Positions 26,151-39,349 of a stretch of 64,000 bases of DNA are shown piece after piece. Below the pieces are notes generated by a model, which saw only the letters and a list, made by a program, of their open reading frames with translations, was not told the origin of the DNA and made no database searches. The position numbers and the translations under genes are program-made. Numbering within the stretch: the first letter of the stretch is position 1; every line of letters begins with the position of its first letter. Source of the stretch: Octopus sinensis (taxonomy: Eukaryota). The stretch lies in NCBI RefSeq assembly GCF_006345805.1, contig NC_043013.1, positions 44,764,001 through 44,828,000 of the forward strand, given 5' to 3'.

Positions 26151-28337
26151 CACATTGTATGTATTAATAACTAGCTTAAGAGATGCACTCCGTACGGACT
26201 TTTCAACTAGCTACTGCGGAGGGTTAATTGGGCCTCTGATCCAAAACTAAAGAGAGCTAAATAGCATGACTACAATATGTCTATAATGACTATATGCCCC
26301 GGTGGTGTTTAATGAAAGGTCAAGAACGGATGAGAATTAATTCTATAATATAATCATTCTATTATTGCAGTCCCAAGTTCAATTCCAACTGTTGGCCAAT
26401 TTGTTGGGGTAATCGGCTTGCTCCCTTCTCTGAAATTGCTGGCTTTGGGCTAAAATTCGAAGCGAATATGCCAAATTCTGTTCCAGTATGTGAGATCAGT
26501 TTTTTTTTAGATGTTACGGTTTATTTGAAGGAACCTATGGCTGCTATTTCTACGCAGGTCGAGAAATCGCGGAGAGGTTTCGATTTAGTTGCGCATGCCT
26601 ATCTGCATGACAACATTGGCATTTGAGATTTCCGATTGGCTAAAATTACATAACTTTAAACGCCTGTATCTTCTTTTTTATTAATTTCTTGAAAAAAATG
26701 AATGCAATCTTTGTCATCACCATGCAAAACAACATTGAAAATAATCTGATGAAAATTGGAAAGAGTTCAAGTCGTTGGAAGAAATTTAACAAGATCCAAA
26801 CTATTCCTTACATTAGCTGATGTTTAAAAGGAATGAAATTCATAAGTGTGAGCGAAACACATAAATTAAAGTTACTGGCGAGCTAGTGTCAAAAGGGACA
26901 TAACTAAGACAAGCTGATTGTATAGAACAAGAGGCTATGAAAAGAGAAGTAAGAAATAAGAAAAAAAATGAAACAAAATACATGGAATCGTAAAAAATAT
27001 ATTTAAAAGTAAATATGTACTTACATCAAGAAAAAGTTTGATTAAATGCAAGTGCATCCAGATATGACAATCTGTAACTATTTATAAAATATATATTTAA
27101 TTAAGATAGGACGAGAAAGAAAATGGTGTCCAATATGCCAATATGGCTGCAATGTAATAACTGAAACCATCAAAGGATTATAAAACATATAGGTATTTCA
27201 TTCATTCTTATCTGTTCAACAATCAACTTTCATTTCTTATTTGATGCGAAGTATAACACCTTCTGTTTCACTTACTAATAGAACCGTATCTTTTCCTGGC
27301 CTTTCTCGTCCGTACTTTACTTATTCGTTCACACATATTCATTGACAGTTACCTTACCAATAAAAATATTGCTCGTGTATAAACAACTTTCCTGCTTTTG
27401 ACACATTTTGCCTCCCTTTTTTCCTTGTCGATTATAACTTTTCTTTACTTTGTCACCTACTGAGCAGGATGGTCTCTTTCAGCCGGATAATCTCTTTATC
27501 ATACCGTCCTACGTGTCAAGATCTGTTTTGCTGATATTCTTCAGTTTACAAACCAACGAAGTAGACTCTGCGTTCTCACTCGACTTGCTAGAAATAACAG
27601 TCAAATTTTCCTCAAATCGTACAGGACATAATACATTAGATAATGTGCTTTACATACATCTAAAAACAGATGAATTGGTCACGGCTACTCGAAGATAGAT
27701 TAACGAGGTCTACACAACAGCAACAAATCTGCAATATGACTTACACTAGTTTTTTTTCTTTTTTTATATTTTTTGGTTAGTAAGTTTTATTTCATATTTG
27801 CTTCTAACTAGAAATCAAAAGAAATTACTACTATTCCCGTCAAACTTTGCTTTTCTCACTTGGACATCAATGTTTTGAAATTTACCTATTTTCCATTACA
27901 CTTCAGGCAGATCCAGCGCTGAGTTGCACCTATGTAGAAATATCGTTATAGCAAATATAATCTGCTCAATTCAACAGGCTTGCTTACCAGTTGCTTGACC
28001 TTAACTACTAAGTGGTTACGGTCAAGCAACCACTAAGTGGTTAAAGTCAAGTGGTTACTTTCCCTAAGTGGCTGACAATGTTTGCATCTCTGATCACGAG
28101 CAGGAGTAGTGGATTGGGGGCATCACAACCATGTGTTGAAAGGGATTCTTTGGTTGAATAAATGTAAGAAAAGCAAAGTTTGAAAGAAATATTGGCAATT
28201 TTTTTAATACTTTCTAAGGGTAAACAAATAGGAAATAACAGTTGCTACCCAAGAACAAAATTCGTGTTACACAGTATTATAGTCTGAGTTTTCATTCTGA
28301 AATCGATGTGTTTTTGCCTTGTCCAGCTTAATTCCTG

Positions 28338-28374
<37 letters not shown>

Positions 28375-28593
28375 ATCAATATAGGGTGGCCAAAATATTT
28401 TGTAGAATTTTTTTGCCACCAGCGGCCTAGTGGGAAAAAATTAATTAGTCATAGACCATTATAAGTTCAAAATCACAATCAAGGAACGGCCATAATAGGC
28501 CATTCACCACTAGAAATAACAGCCAAAGCTTCAACCGCAAAATAACATTAATTCCGCAAACCAGGAGAAAATTAAAAAAACATTTACCCTGTA

Positions 28594-28700
28594 ATTTCTT
28601 ATACGATGCACCGTTTCATCTATTGTTTAATGGTAAACTAACCTGATTAAATTAAATCAAGCCAATCTTCCATAGGCCCTTAGATTCGTCAGTAAGAAAT
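28594..28700 (-). ncRNA. Type I hammerhead ribozyme (478-bp family, inverted copy)
   Basis: Reverse complement gives AUUUCUUA-CUGACGA-AUCUA..UAGAU-GAAA-CGG-UGCA-UCG-UA^UAAGAAAU; A17 at 28602. Confidence 0.9.
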
Positions 28701-28792
28701 AGCCAGATCGGAACAGATATTTTCACGAGGCATTTCTGCCCTGCCTCGGCAATATCTGACCTAAAATTTTCAAATCATCGCACTCGCACCAA

Positions 28793-28896
28793 ATTTCTTA
28801 CTGACGAATCTAAGGGCCTATGGAAGATTGGCTTGATTAATTAATCAGGTTAGTTTACCATAAACAATAGATGAAACGGTGCATCGTATAAGAAAT
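28793..28896 (+). ncRNA. Type I hammerhead ribozyme (478-bp family)
   Basis: 8-bp stem I AUUUCUUA/UAAGAAAU, core CUGACGA 28801-28807, stem II AUCUA/UAGAU, GAAA 28873-28876, helix III ACGG/UCGU with UGCA loop, GUA triplet with A17 at 28888. Confidence 0.92.
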
Positions 28897-29270
28897 TACA
28901 GGGTAAATGTTTTTTAATTTTCTCCTGGTTTGCGGAATAATGTTATTTTGCGTTGAAGCTTGGCTGTATTTCTAGTGGGTGGAATGGCCTATTAGGCCGT
29001 TCTTGATTGTGATGTTGAACTTATAAATGGTCTATAAACTATTTAATTTTTTCCCACTAGGCCGCTTGTGAAAAAAAATTCTACAAAATTTTTGCCACCC
29101 TATATTGATTAATTATGAATTTTCTGGTTAATTCCGTAATGGAATCGGCGGCTTATATTTATTGCTGCCGATAAATTTGGCGCGAGTGACGATGATTTGA
29201 AAATTTTAGGTCAGATATTGCCGAGGCAGGGACAGAAATGCCTCGTGAAAATATCTGTTCCGATCTGGCT

Positions 29271-29376
29271 ATTTCTTACTGACGAATCTAAGGGCCTATG
29301 GAAGATTGGCTGATTTAATTTAATCAGGTTAGTTTACCATTAAACAATAGATGAAACGGTGCATCGTATAAGAAAT
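29271..29376 (+). ncRNA. Type I hammerhead ribozyme (478-bp family)
   Basis: Same fold as 28793-28896; A17 at 29368. Confidence 0.92.
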
Positions 29377-29753
29377 ACAGGGTAAATGTTTTTTAATTTT
29401 CTCCTGGTTTGCGGAATTAATGTTATTTTGCGGTTGAGCTTTGGCTGTTATTTCTAGTGGTTGAATGGCCTATTATGGCCGTTCCTTGATTGTGATGTTG
29501 AACTTATAAATGGTCTATGACTATTTAATTTTTTCCCACTAGGCCGCTGGTGGCCAAAAAAATTCTACAAAATTTTTGCCACCCTATATTGATTAATTAT
29601 GAATTTTCTGGTTAATCCGTAATGGAATCGGCGGCTTTAATTTATTTGCTGCCGATAAATTTGCGCGAGTGCGATGATTTGAAAATTTTAGGTCAGATAT
29701 TGCCGAGGCAGGGACAGAAATGCTCGTGAAAATATCTGTTCCGATCTGGCTAA

Positions 29754-29807
<54 letters not shown>

Positions 29808-30099
29808 CTTTTCTAACTTTATACAAACTTCATTCTTTTCAAAGTCATTCTTTTCTGAGAGTTTCCCAGTTTACATAGGGTATTGAAACCCGAAGGTCAT
29901 TGTGGTTCTGAAGTTCATTTTTCTTAGCATGTACATCCGAATTAGACCACAGAGTGCAGCTCATTGGCTGTCTTCTATGGCATCTTCGATTCGACCTTGC
30001 AAAGGAAACTGACAAATATCAGTCATTGACACAGACACCTCTGATGAGAACGCAAAAAAAATTGAAAATAGATTGCGGTTATTCATTATTTTCTTTCAA

Positions 30100-30350
30100 T
30101 TTACAGAGAAATAAAACTGACTGGAATCGATCCCATAACTTGGGACATTGAAGCTGAACACAATCCCGGCTAGCATCATTCCATCACTGTGACAAATCAT
30201 TTTGAAGCTGAACAACAGAGGAAAGAAGAAGAGGAACGACAAGAAAGAAAATGGAAGCTGCACAACCAAAGCCTCCACCACGGATCCTTTGTGAACTTTG
30301 CAACAGACGCTTCCATACAAGAATCGGCCTGATTAGTCATCAGAGGCATA
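30100..30350 (+). pseudogene. RTE-clade LINE ORF C-terminal fragment
   Basis: LTGIDPITWDIEAE...FEAEQQRK and LCELCNRRFHTRIGLISHQRH (C2H2 finger typical of RTE C-termini). Confidence 0.75.
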
Positions 30351-30477
30351 AACACGGCCAGAGGAGAAGTGGTCAAGAAGAAGTCAAATAAATTATCGGA
30401 CACATGATAAAACGCCGCCGACGACGACAGAGAAATAGTTAAATTTGCCATGTTTATATTCTACTACGTAGCTTTAT

Positions 30478-30596
<119 letters not shown>

Positions 30597-30609
30597 TTAT
30601 TTTTTATCT

Positions 30610-30830
30610 TTTACTTGCTTCAGTTACTGGACTGTGATCAAGCCAGGATACAGCCTTGAAGGATTTTAGCCGATCGAATCGCCTCCGGTACTGATTTTTA
30701 TAAAGTCTAGTTACTATTCTATCGGTGTCTTTTTTACGGAGACGTAAACAAACCAACAACGGTTTGTAAGTTCTGGTGGTGGACAAACGCAAATACAAAG
30801 ACACACACACACACACACAAACACACACAG
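30610..30830 (-). mobile_element. Degenerate SINE family B 3' half
   Basis: ttttacttgcttcagttactggactgtg...ttctatcggtgtcttttt. Confidence 0.6.
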
Positions 30831-31423
30831 ATATATATATATATACATGCGGTCGATGTAATCAACTTGCCCTCTCCTCCGAAATTGCTTTGCCGTGTGC
30901 CAAAATTTGACACCAATATCAATAAAGACGCTCTTTTTTTTTTTTTTTACCCATGATCGAAACGGAGAAAAGGAAAGAAGAAAACCTCAAATCCTTGCTG
31001 ATCTTCACTGATTGTTTTGTCTTTGCACAGAAAATTTCTCCATTCGCCACATGATTTTGCATCCGTAGTATGATTCTTTGTCATGGCTAGTTTTCCATTG
31101 TAACGTCATTAACCAATTTCATCTTAGAATTATTGACCTGCCAGGTTTCCATAACATCAAGGTACAAGCCAACGCTCCTTTTGACACTTCCATCTCAAGG
31201 GGGGGGGACCTCAGCTTCTCTCTACTTGTTTTCCTCAAGTGGTAACATTGTAATTGATGCATCGTTCAAACAGAATCCGACCTGAAAGTGCTTTGTACTC
31301 TTGAATAAATCCCTCGAATCATTGAGATCCAGCGATTCGTTTGCTTCCCGCCCCCACCTCCATCTGTTAATACTTTCAATCTCAGCCACTAATTAACGAG
31401 AATATCTCACTCTCAGCCTCTCA

Positions 31424-31457
<34 letters not shown>

Positions 31458-31463
31458 TCTATC

Positions 31464-31494
<31 letters not shown>

Positions 31495-31829
31495 CTGTCT
31501 ATCTCCTATCCTCTCAATCTTTCCTTCTCTAAACTCTTTATCCTTCTTTCAATCTCCTCTTCTGTGTAGCCTTCTTTCTCTTACCTCCTCTCTCTCTATC
31601 CTTCTTTCTCTTCCTCCTTCTCTCCCTATACATCCCCTCTCTCACCTCCTCTCTCTCTCTCTCTCTCTCTTTCTTCTCCACACCGTTTGTCCTGCTCTCT
31701 GTCTGTCTTCTCCCTCTCCTCTTCTCTCTTATCTAACCACACATAAATACATACATAAACACGCACAAACATAGACGCACACATATACATATACATATAC
31801 ACATTAACCTCCTACACACACACACCACT

Positions 31830-32207
31830 AATGTGTGGAAGCACTCCGTCGGTTACGACGACGAGGGTTCCGGTTGATCCGAATCAACGGAACAGCCTGC
31901 TCGTGAAATTAACGTGTAAGTGGCTGAGCACTCCACAGACACGTGTACCCTTAACGTAGTTCCCGGGGATATTCAGCATGACACAGAGAGTGACAAGGCC
32001 GGCCCTTTTGAAATACAAGTACAACAGAAACAGGAAGTAAGAGTGAGAGAAAGTTGTGGTGAAAGAGTACAGCAGGGATCACCACCATCCCCTGCCGGAG
32101 CCTCGTGGTGCTTTAGGTATTTTCGCTCAATAAACACTCACAACGCCCGGTCTGGGAATCGAAACCACGAGTCCGCTGCCCTAACCACTGGGCCATTGCG
32201 CCTCCAC
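31830..32207 (-). mobile_element. SINE family C, near full length
   Basis: tRNA-like head at ~32140-32207; body shared with 4040-4247. Confidence 0.85.
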
Positions 32208-32439
32208 TGCACCACTAATGTATACATATGATCCAGGCATAGACATGTAGTTAAGGACTTGGCTTCACAGTCACATATTCGAACCTCCTGACCACCACAA
32301 CGGGGCAGTAAGTGATTTCTACAACAGTTTCGGTTTAACCCAAGCCTAGTGACCGAACTTTGTCGAACGGAAACTAAAATGTGTAAAAACTCACCGGAGA
32401 GACAGTTACTGTTCGTATTTTGTACACAACACCAATTTC

Positions 32440-32700
32440 CCTATTTAACATAATCAACTGACCCCTGGGTGCCCTTAGCAAAGTCCATTCTGGTACAAGC
32501 ATCCAGACCGTTCAGAGTTGTGAAGGGTTTTTCTTTCACCACCACAATGACCTCCGTCAATCTCAGAGGTTGTGTGAATTAACTCTGACGCATTGCGCTT
32601 TTTTCTCTGATTAAGCAACAACAAAAAATTCGTGATGTACAGCATTATTAGTCTAAAGAAAAACTGAGCTGAGTTTCTATGCTGGTTTCTGACTTCATCC
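32440..32700 (-). pseudogene. Possible Gypsy integrase zinc-binding fragment
   Basis: IHTTSEIDGGHCGGERKTLHN resembles H-x-GGH-x-G-x-KT; no catalytic core seen. Confidence 0.35.
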
Positions 32701-32736
32701 ATAATATGTTCATCAATTAATAATTTATCTACTGAA

Positions 32737-33130
32737 GGCGGCGAAGTGGCAGAACCGTTTGCACGCCAGGCAAACTGCTTAGCGGTATTTCGCCCGTCTG
32801 CTAGTTTCTGAGTTCAAATTCCGCCGAGGTCGACTTTGCCTTTCATCCTTTCGGGGTCGATAAATTAAGTACCAGTTACGCACTGGGGTCGATGTAATCG
32901 ACTTAATACCTATGTCTGTCCTTGTTTGTCCCCTCTGTGTTTAGCCCCTTGTGGGTAATAAATAGGTATTTCACCCGTCTTCATGTTCTGAGTCCCAAAC
33001 ACCGCCGGGTTGACTTCGCCTTTCATCCTTTTGGGGTCGATAAATAAAGTGCCACTTGAACACTGAGATCGATGTAATTGATTTATCTCCTCTCCTGGAA
33101 TTGCTAACCTTGTGCCAAAATTTGAAATTA
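32737..33130 (+). mobile_element. SINE family A with duplicated internal unit
   Basis: Head at 32737; core repeated at ~32825 and ~33005. Confidence 0.85.
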
Positions 33131-33709
33131 TTATTTTATCTACCGTACCAAGTATTCTATTTTTTTCTCCTCTTATCATTTCTTTTTCCTCATTTACTGT
33201 CGTTTGGGAGAAACAAACTTCCTCGCCCCAACGTCTTTAGTTTATTCAATATGGACCGGAGTTCGATGAAGAGCATTTACTGTCATCGATCGCTTAAATT
33301 TCTTTTCGTTGTGGTGTTTACATATTTACATAAATCATTTTCATAAGGTTTCAAATGTTCCTGTTTATCTTATAAGCATTTAAATATGTATGTATGTATG
33401 TATGTATGTATGTGTTTGTATTGCTATCATGTAATACTGAATAAATTGATTGACTTCAGCTAACACCACTCGGCTAAATTAAAGTTAATTTATTGCAATG
33501 GACTGTGGTAAATGTCTATCTTGTATACAATCTTGATATGGAGAGGAAAGGTGGGGTCAAAGTAGATCGCTCCTTAATCTTTGTTAAAACTTCAACAGTA
33601 TCTAACCCACCTGTAATTGTCCATGATAATACTGTGCAGATAATAACAATATTGAATGATTTACTAAATCGGATACACCGATTTGCATAAGTAACGCATA
33701 GCCCACAGG

Positions 33710-33996
33710 ATGAGAAATCCCAAGATCATCACTCTTTACAAAAGTGAAGGGGACAACGAAGACTGCAATAACTACAGAGGCATCTCACTTCGGAGCATCA
33801 TTGGAAAAGCTTTTGCGAGGATCGTTATGAAACGACTTCAGAAACTAGCAGAAAGTGTACTACCAGAGAACCAGTGCGGTTTTAGATCTAACCGCTCAAC
33901 AATGGATATGATCTCCATTCGTCAACTACAAGAAAAATGCCGGGAGCAGCAGTTACCACTATATATAGCATTTGTCGATCAGACAAAGGCATTTGA
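33710..33996 (+). pseudogene. RTE-clade LINE reverse transcriptase fragment, truncated by SINE A
   Basis: IITLYKSEGDNEDCNNYRGISL...ENQCGFRSNRSTMDMI..RQLQEKCREQQLPLYIAFVDQTKAFD. Confidence 0.9.
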
Positions 33997-34231
33997 TACC
34001 TATTTCTTTAATACCCACAAGGGCCAAACACAGAGAGGACAAACAAGGACAGACAAACGGATTAAGACGATTATATCGACTCCAATGCGTAACTGGTACT
34101 TAATTTATCGACCCCGAAAGGATGAAAGACAAAGTCGACCTCGGCGGAATTTGAACTGAGAACGTAACGGCAGACTAAATACCGCTAAGCATTTCGCCCG
34201 ACGTGCTAACGATTCTGCCAGCTCGCCGCCT
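33997..34231 (-). mobile_element. SINE family A copy
   Basis: Head ends gccagctcgccgcc at ~34230. Confidence 0.85.
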
Positions 34232-34395
34232 TTATCCCAAGCAATATTATTACAGTTAAGTCTTCATAAGACATATGAAAGCAGGCTATGGCTCTGTAGT
34301 TTCTGGGATTTCCTGTTTCTTTGGTCTTGGGGTGAAGAGGATTTTTACACTCAGTGACACATTCAAGTTATGCTTCTGGATCATTAAATAAGTTA

Positions 34396-35208
34396 CTCTT
34401 TTACTTGTTTCAGTCATTTGAGTGTGGCCATGCTGGAGCATCGCCTTTAGTCGAGCAAATCGACCCCAGAACTTATTCTTTCGAAGCCTAGCACTTATTC
34501 TACCGGTCTCTTTTGCCGAACCGCTAAGTTACGGGGATGTAAACACACCAGCATCGGTTGTCAAACGATGTTGGTGGGACAAACACAGACACACAAACAT
34601 ACACACACGCATACATATAAATATACATACATACATACGACGGGTTTCTTTCGGTTTCCGTCTACCAAATCTATTCACAAGGCGTTGGTCGGCCCGAGGC
34701 TATAGTAGAAGACACTTGCCCAGGGTGCCACGCAGTGGAACTGAACCTGGAACCATGTGGTTCGTAAGCAAGCTACTTATTTCTTTATTGCCCACAAGGG
34801 GCTAAACATAGAGGGGACAAACAAGGGATTAAGTCGATTACATCAACCCCAGTGCGTAACTGGTAGTTAATTTATCGACCCCGAAAGGATGAAAGACAAA
34901 GTCAACCTCGGCGGAATTTGAACTCAGAACGTAACTTCAGACGAAAAACCTATTTCTTTACTATCCACAAGGGGCTAAACACAGAGGGGACAAACAAGGA
35001 CAGACAAACGGATTAAGTCGATTATATCGACGCCAGTGAGAAACTGGTGCTTAATTTATCGACCCCGAGAGGATGAAAGACACAGTCGACTTCGACGGAA
35101 TTTGAACCCAGAACGTAACGGCAGACGAAATACGGCTACGCATTTCGCACGGCGTGCTAACGTTTCAGCCAGCTCGCCGCTACTTACTACACAGCCACTC
35201 CTACGCCT
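34396..35208 (-). mobile_element. SINE family B interrupted by a SINE A (34778-35180)
   Basis: SINE B breaks at caagctactta (~34775) and resumes at tacttactacacagccactcc (~35181); short tactta duplication. Confidence 0.8.
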
Positions 35209-35670
35209 AAGTTATTAAATATTTTTCACTTTATCTGTGTATGTTAAACATTTCAACAAGAGATTTGCTATTTTATTATTCCTAGTCATTCAATTTCTTA
35301 TAATGACTTGGCTACTTCTTCACTTGATATGACTTTGCACGACTGTTCAAATGATTCGCTTGTTCTTTTGGGCATTCTCGTCCTGGTGGTCCCTTTACTG
35401 CCTACGCTTCACCTCAAAATTCTATTTTTCTTGCTGTCGATCCTGCATTGGTTAGAATCACTTCTGATTGTTCTGGTTATTGCTGCTGCTGTGGATATTG
35501 TTGTTGTTCTCGTTGTCGCTGTTTAGCCGCAGGGGTTTCAACCCTGATCTAACAAATCTACAATCAAAGACATTCTGGAGGTGACAATTTCGCCTTCCTT
35601 GAGGCATCTACAACGACATTATATGGTGTGGCCTATTGTCAAGTTTTGGGGACATGATTTTACACACACA

Positions 35671-35740
<70 letters not shown>

Positions 35741-36006
35741 TGTGACGTATGTGTGTGTGACGTATGTGATGTGTGTGTGATGTATGTGATGTGTGTGTGA
35801 GAGAGAGAGGGAGGATGTGTGTGTGTGTGTGTGTGTGTGTGACCGCGCGTGTATGTATCCATTTCTAGCAGACTAAGTGACTGTTTAAAGGCCCCCTCAC
35901 TGCATGCTTCTGTCAATAAATTGCATTTGTTCTTGATGTTGTTGATGCTTAGCCAAACAGAGACAACCTCGCTTGCCTTAAAAGAGCAGTCTAAATTTAT
36001 ATTATA

Positions 36007-36566
36007 CTAGCACTATGACCCGGCGTTGCCGAGTCTAGTGCTAGTCAAGCATATTTGGTCTTTATGAAAATCCCGCTGTCCTGTCACTCACTTGGTCTAA
36101 CTCGTTGATTATTCCTTGCATTTCCCAAATCAAAAAAGCGTGCACGTTTGAAAGCCAAAAACACGTGATAACACGTCTTCGCAAAACACAAAAGTCATAC
36201 AGACTGTCTGCAAATACGCACACGCGTTCAACTTTCAAGGGTAAAATTATCTCCGTCCAATCAAAAAACAGCTGGCAGTCTATTGGCGTATCTAGCTGTA
36301 CGTACGCACCGCATACAAATTTCTATGTTTTAGCGATTTTGAATGGATACGCCCATAACTTATGGGCATAAGGGGTCGGTTTATCGATTATTTTAATGGT
36401 TTTCTGGGGTGACTGGGGAAATGAAAAGATCTTCACGACCACCCTCAGACAGTTTTTAAAGCCCATAGAAAATGTGAGCCTTTTACGTGAAAAACTGTAG
36501 ATTTGTATGAAGGACACACAGACACACACAGATTCACAGACATTTTGCCGTTTATAGATATAGAGA
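36007..36566 (-). mobile_element. Non-autonomous Helitron
   Basis: On minus: A|TC 5' end at 36566, subterminal hairpin ctcggcaacgccggg, CTAG|T 3' end at 36007. Confidence 0.75.
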
Positions 36567-36748
36567 TAATATCCTTTTATTTTAAAGATAGTAATGCATG
36601 ATTTGATACTACTCTACACAGTTCTCAATAAATATCGTCAATGGTACGAAAGTAAGCTTTAACATTCATTTATTGAGCACTTTTGTTGACTTCTGCCACG
36701 GAATGAATTTCCTGCTGTATTTTGTAAAATAATATAATCTATATGTAG

Positions 36749-37135
36749 GCGCAGGAGTGGCTGTGTGGTAAGTAGCTTGCTAACCAACCACATGGTTCCG
36801 GGTTCAGTCCCACTGCGTGGCATCTTGGGCAAGTGTCTTCTACTATAGCCTCGGGCCGACCAAAGCCTTGTGAGTGGATTTGGTAGACGGAAACTGAAAG
36901 AAGCCCGTCGTATATATGTATATATATATATGTATGTGCGTGTATGTTTGTGTGTCTGTGTTTGTCCCCCTAGCATTGCTTGTGTGTTTACGTACCCGTC
37001 ACTTAGCAGTTCGGCAAAAAGAGACTGATAGAAGAAGTACTGGGCTTACAAAGAATAAGTCCCGGGGTCGAGTTGCTCGATTAAAGGCGGTGCTCCAGCA
37101 TGGCCGCAGTCAAAATGACTGAAACAAGTAAAAAA
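36749..37135 (+). mobile_element. SINE family B copy
   Basis: Full head to tail. Confidence 0.9.
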
Positions 37136-37510
37136 AAATATGTGCGTATATGTGTGTGTGTGTGCCAATGTGTGCGTATGTGTGTGAATGTGTGCCAGTG
37201 TGTGCATACGTGTTTGTATGTATGCGTATGTATGTGTCTTCCTCCCCATGCAGCTCTCAATCGTTCCAAAATGTCCTTCTCACCATAGATTTATCTATCA
37301 TATTCACAATCCATTTGGTCGTCTTTATGATTCTCAGGAATCCTACTTAATTTAATTTCATGCAGATTACATAATTCAATGTGTGAAAACGTTAAAGTAT
37401 ACACCACACACATTCCACGCAAATGCACAGAAACACAGACACACACACATACACACACCACGTACATACATACACACATACATACACACATACATACATA
37501 CATACATACA

Positions 37511-37544
<34 letters not shown>

Positions 37545-37646
37545 CATACATACATACGTACATACATACATACATACATACATACATACATACATACATA
37601 CATACATACATACAAATATATGTTGTATGTAGGAATATATATATAC

Positions 37647-37912
37647 TAGCAGTATCGCCCGGCGTTGCTCGGGTTTGTAAGGGAAATAACTATATAAGCA
37701 TTTTTAGAGAGTTATAGCCAAAAAATAGGAAAAAAATGCATTAAAAATGGAAAAAAAATTAAGGTAAATTTCTTTTTAAATCGTTGACACATCGTAGATA
37801 TTTTTCGAGAGTTACTTCCCTTATATAATAGCGAAAAAAATGCATTAAAATGGAAAAATATGATGGTAAATTTTTTTAAATCGTAGACTCATCGTAGACG
37901 CGCGCTAATACC
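37647..37912 (-). mobile_element. Helitron 3' end fragment
   Basis: actagcagtatcgcccggcgttgctcggg = CTAG end plus hairpin on minus; no 5' TC end identified. Confidence 0.55.
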
Positions 37913-39349
37913 AAAATATTTTTTGGTTTTTCTTAACCCTTTCGTTACTATATTTCTGACCAAAATATACCCCTTATGTGTTTCAATTAATTTCTAACGT
38001 AATCATAAATTTAGTCTGGTTTCATTAAACAACTATAACTTTTTATTTATCAATATATTAACGTGAATTTTGGAAGATAATTTAATGAAATGTCCTCAAC
38101 CAATTCTATACTATAATTTTTGTCACAAAGTGACTCTATTGCAGGTAGATACAGGTAAATTCAACAATATATAAAATTATTAAAATTTTGTTCAAACATC
38201 GCTATAGAAAATGGGTTATTAGCTAATATTCAATTGGGTATACCAACAAATTTTACGATAGAATTTGTTATTCTGGGTAACTTTCTGATACCATAATAAT
38301 ATTTATGGCAAAACAGTCTTAATTACATTTAAGGTTGTGGGAAATAACAAACTATCCTTTCTTTCGTTTTGTTTACGTTTAGCGTAACGTTTCGTTTCTG
38401 CCGTAATGATTTCAAATGGGCTCATTCGAAAAAGTAAAAAGAAATAGTCTAAGGCTTTATACTCTTCTGGGAAAGTCTGTGGCTTGGTGCAGTTTCTCCA
38501 GAAAAATCACCAAAAGAAACAGTTTTTAAATTTTCGCTCCATTCAGGTACCAATTCGTTTTCTTTATCGCTGTCGGATTCACTGTTTTCACTTTAATAGC
38601 TGCCAACTTGCAAAGACAAAGGAGGAGAAGGGTGATAGCGTCAGTGAAACAATTCGCTCCTTTGTGTGTGTGTGCGTTTGCGTGTGGTGTAAACCACATT
38701 AAGAAAAACATTTGACATACACACCAGAATGTGAGTTTTCTGTAAATTTTGCTTAATTGGAGTTTAAATTTTAAAAACTGGACCTGGCATGACCCGATGC
38801 ATTCTACTCTTAAAAATGCTAGGTAAATTGTAATTGAAGAAATCCTATATTGTAGATTTCTATAACTTACAAAGGGAGGCAGATAAAATCTGCCTTTTAT
38901 AATAAGAGATACATTATACGTATGTGTGTATATGTATGAGAATACATACGTAAATATATACATATATATATATGTATGTACTCGTGTGTGTATGTATATA
39001 CATACCAAAAGTATAGATATATCTACAAAAGTATTCCCAAGAGATAGAGAGAAAGAGAGAGAGAGTGACTCTCACGATGCACCTGCCAACTGGAATATGT
39101 TGTGATTTAGGATCGAAACCCGCAAGAAAAGTTACACACTACCTGGCAACTTTTTTGTGTCCGAAGATAACATTTTAAATATGTGACTGAATCTGTTAGC
39201 ATCTCTGATAGGTGTATCTAAGAGTAAAATCCTCGGATTTTACTGCTAAGGAAGTTGCAACCAAAGAATAATAATGACTCCTTGAAGACTGATGACTTGA
39301 AGGAGAGACTGGCATGGGTGGAGAGGCTAGCAATCTCATTCGCCGCTAC

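Larger units (their letters stand above)
28372..29752. repeat. ~478-bp hammerhead-containing tandem repeat (two direct units plus an inverted partial unit) between (TA)n tracts
   Basis: CTGACGA cores at 28801 and 29279 (period 478); 28372-28790 is approximately the reverse complement of 29180-29597. Confidence 0.9.

Noticed and set aside
26740-26775. CUGAUGA-AAAUUG-GAAA
   Set aside because: No stem II hairpin and no stem I; similar unsupported cores at ~30042, ~39289, ~40556, ~45393 and ~63490 were also rejected.
33500-33660. Possible L2/Crack RT thumb remnant on minus
   Set aside because: Similarity is too weak to support by eye.
37934-38340. TTAACCCT start suggesting a piggyBac MITE
   Set aside because: No matching right TIR found.
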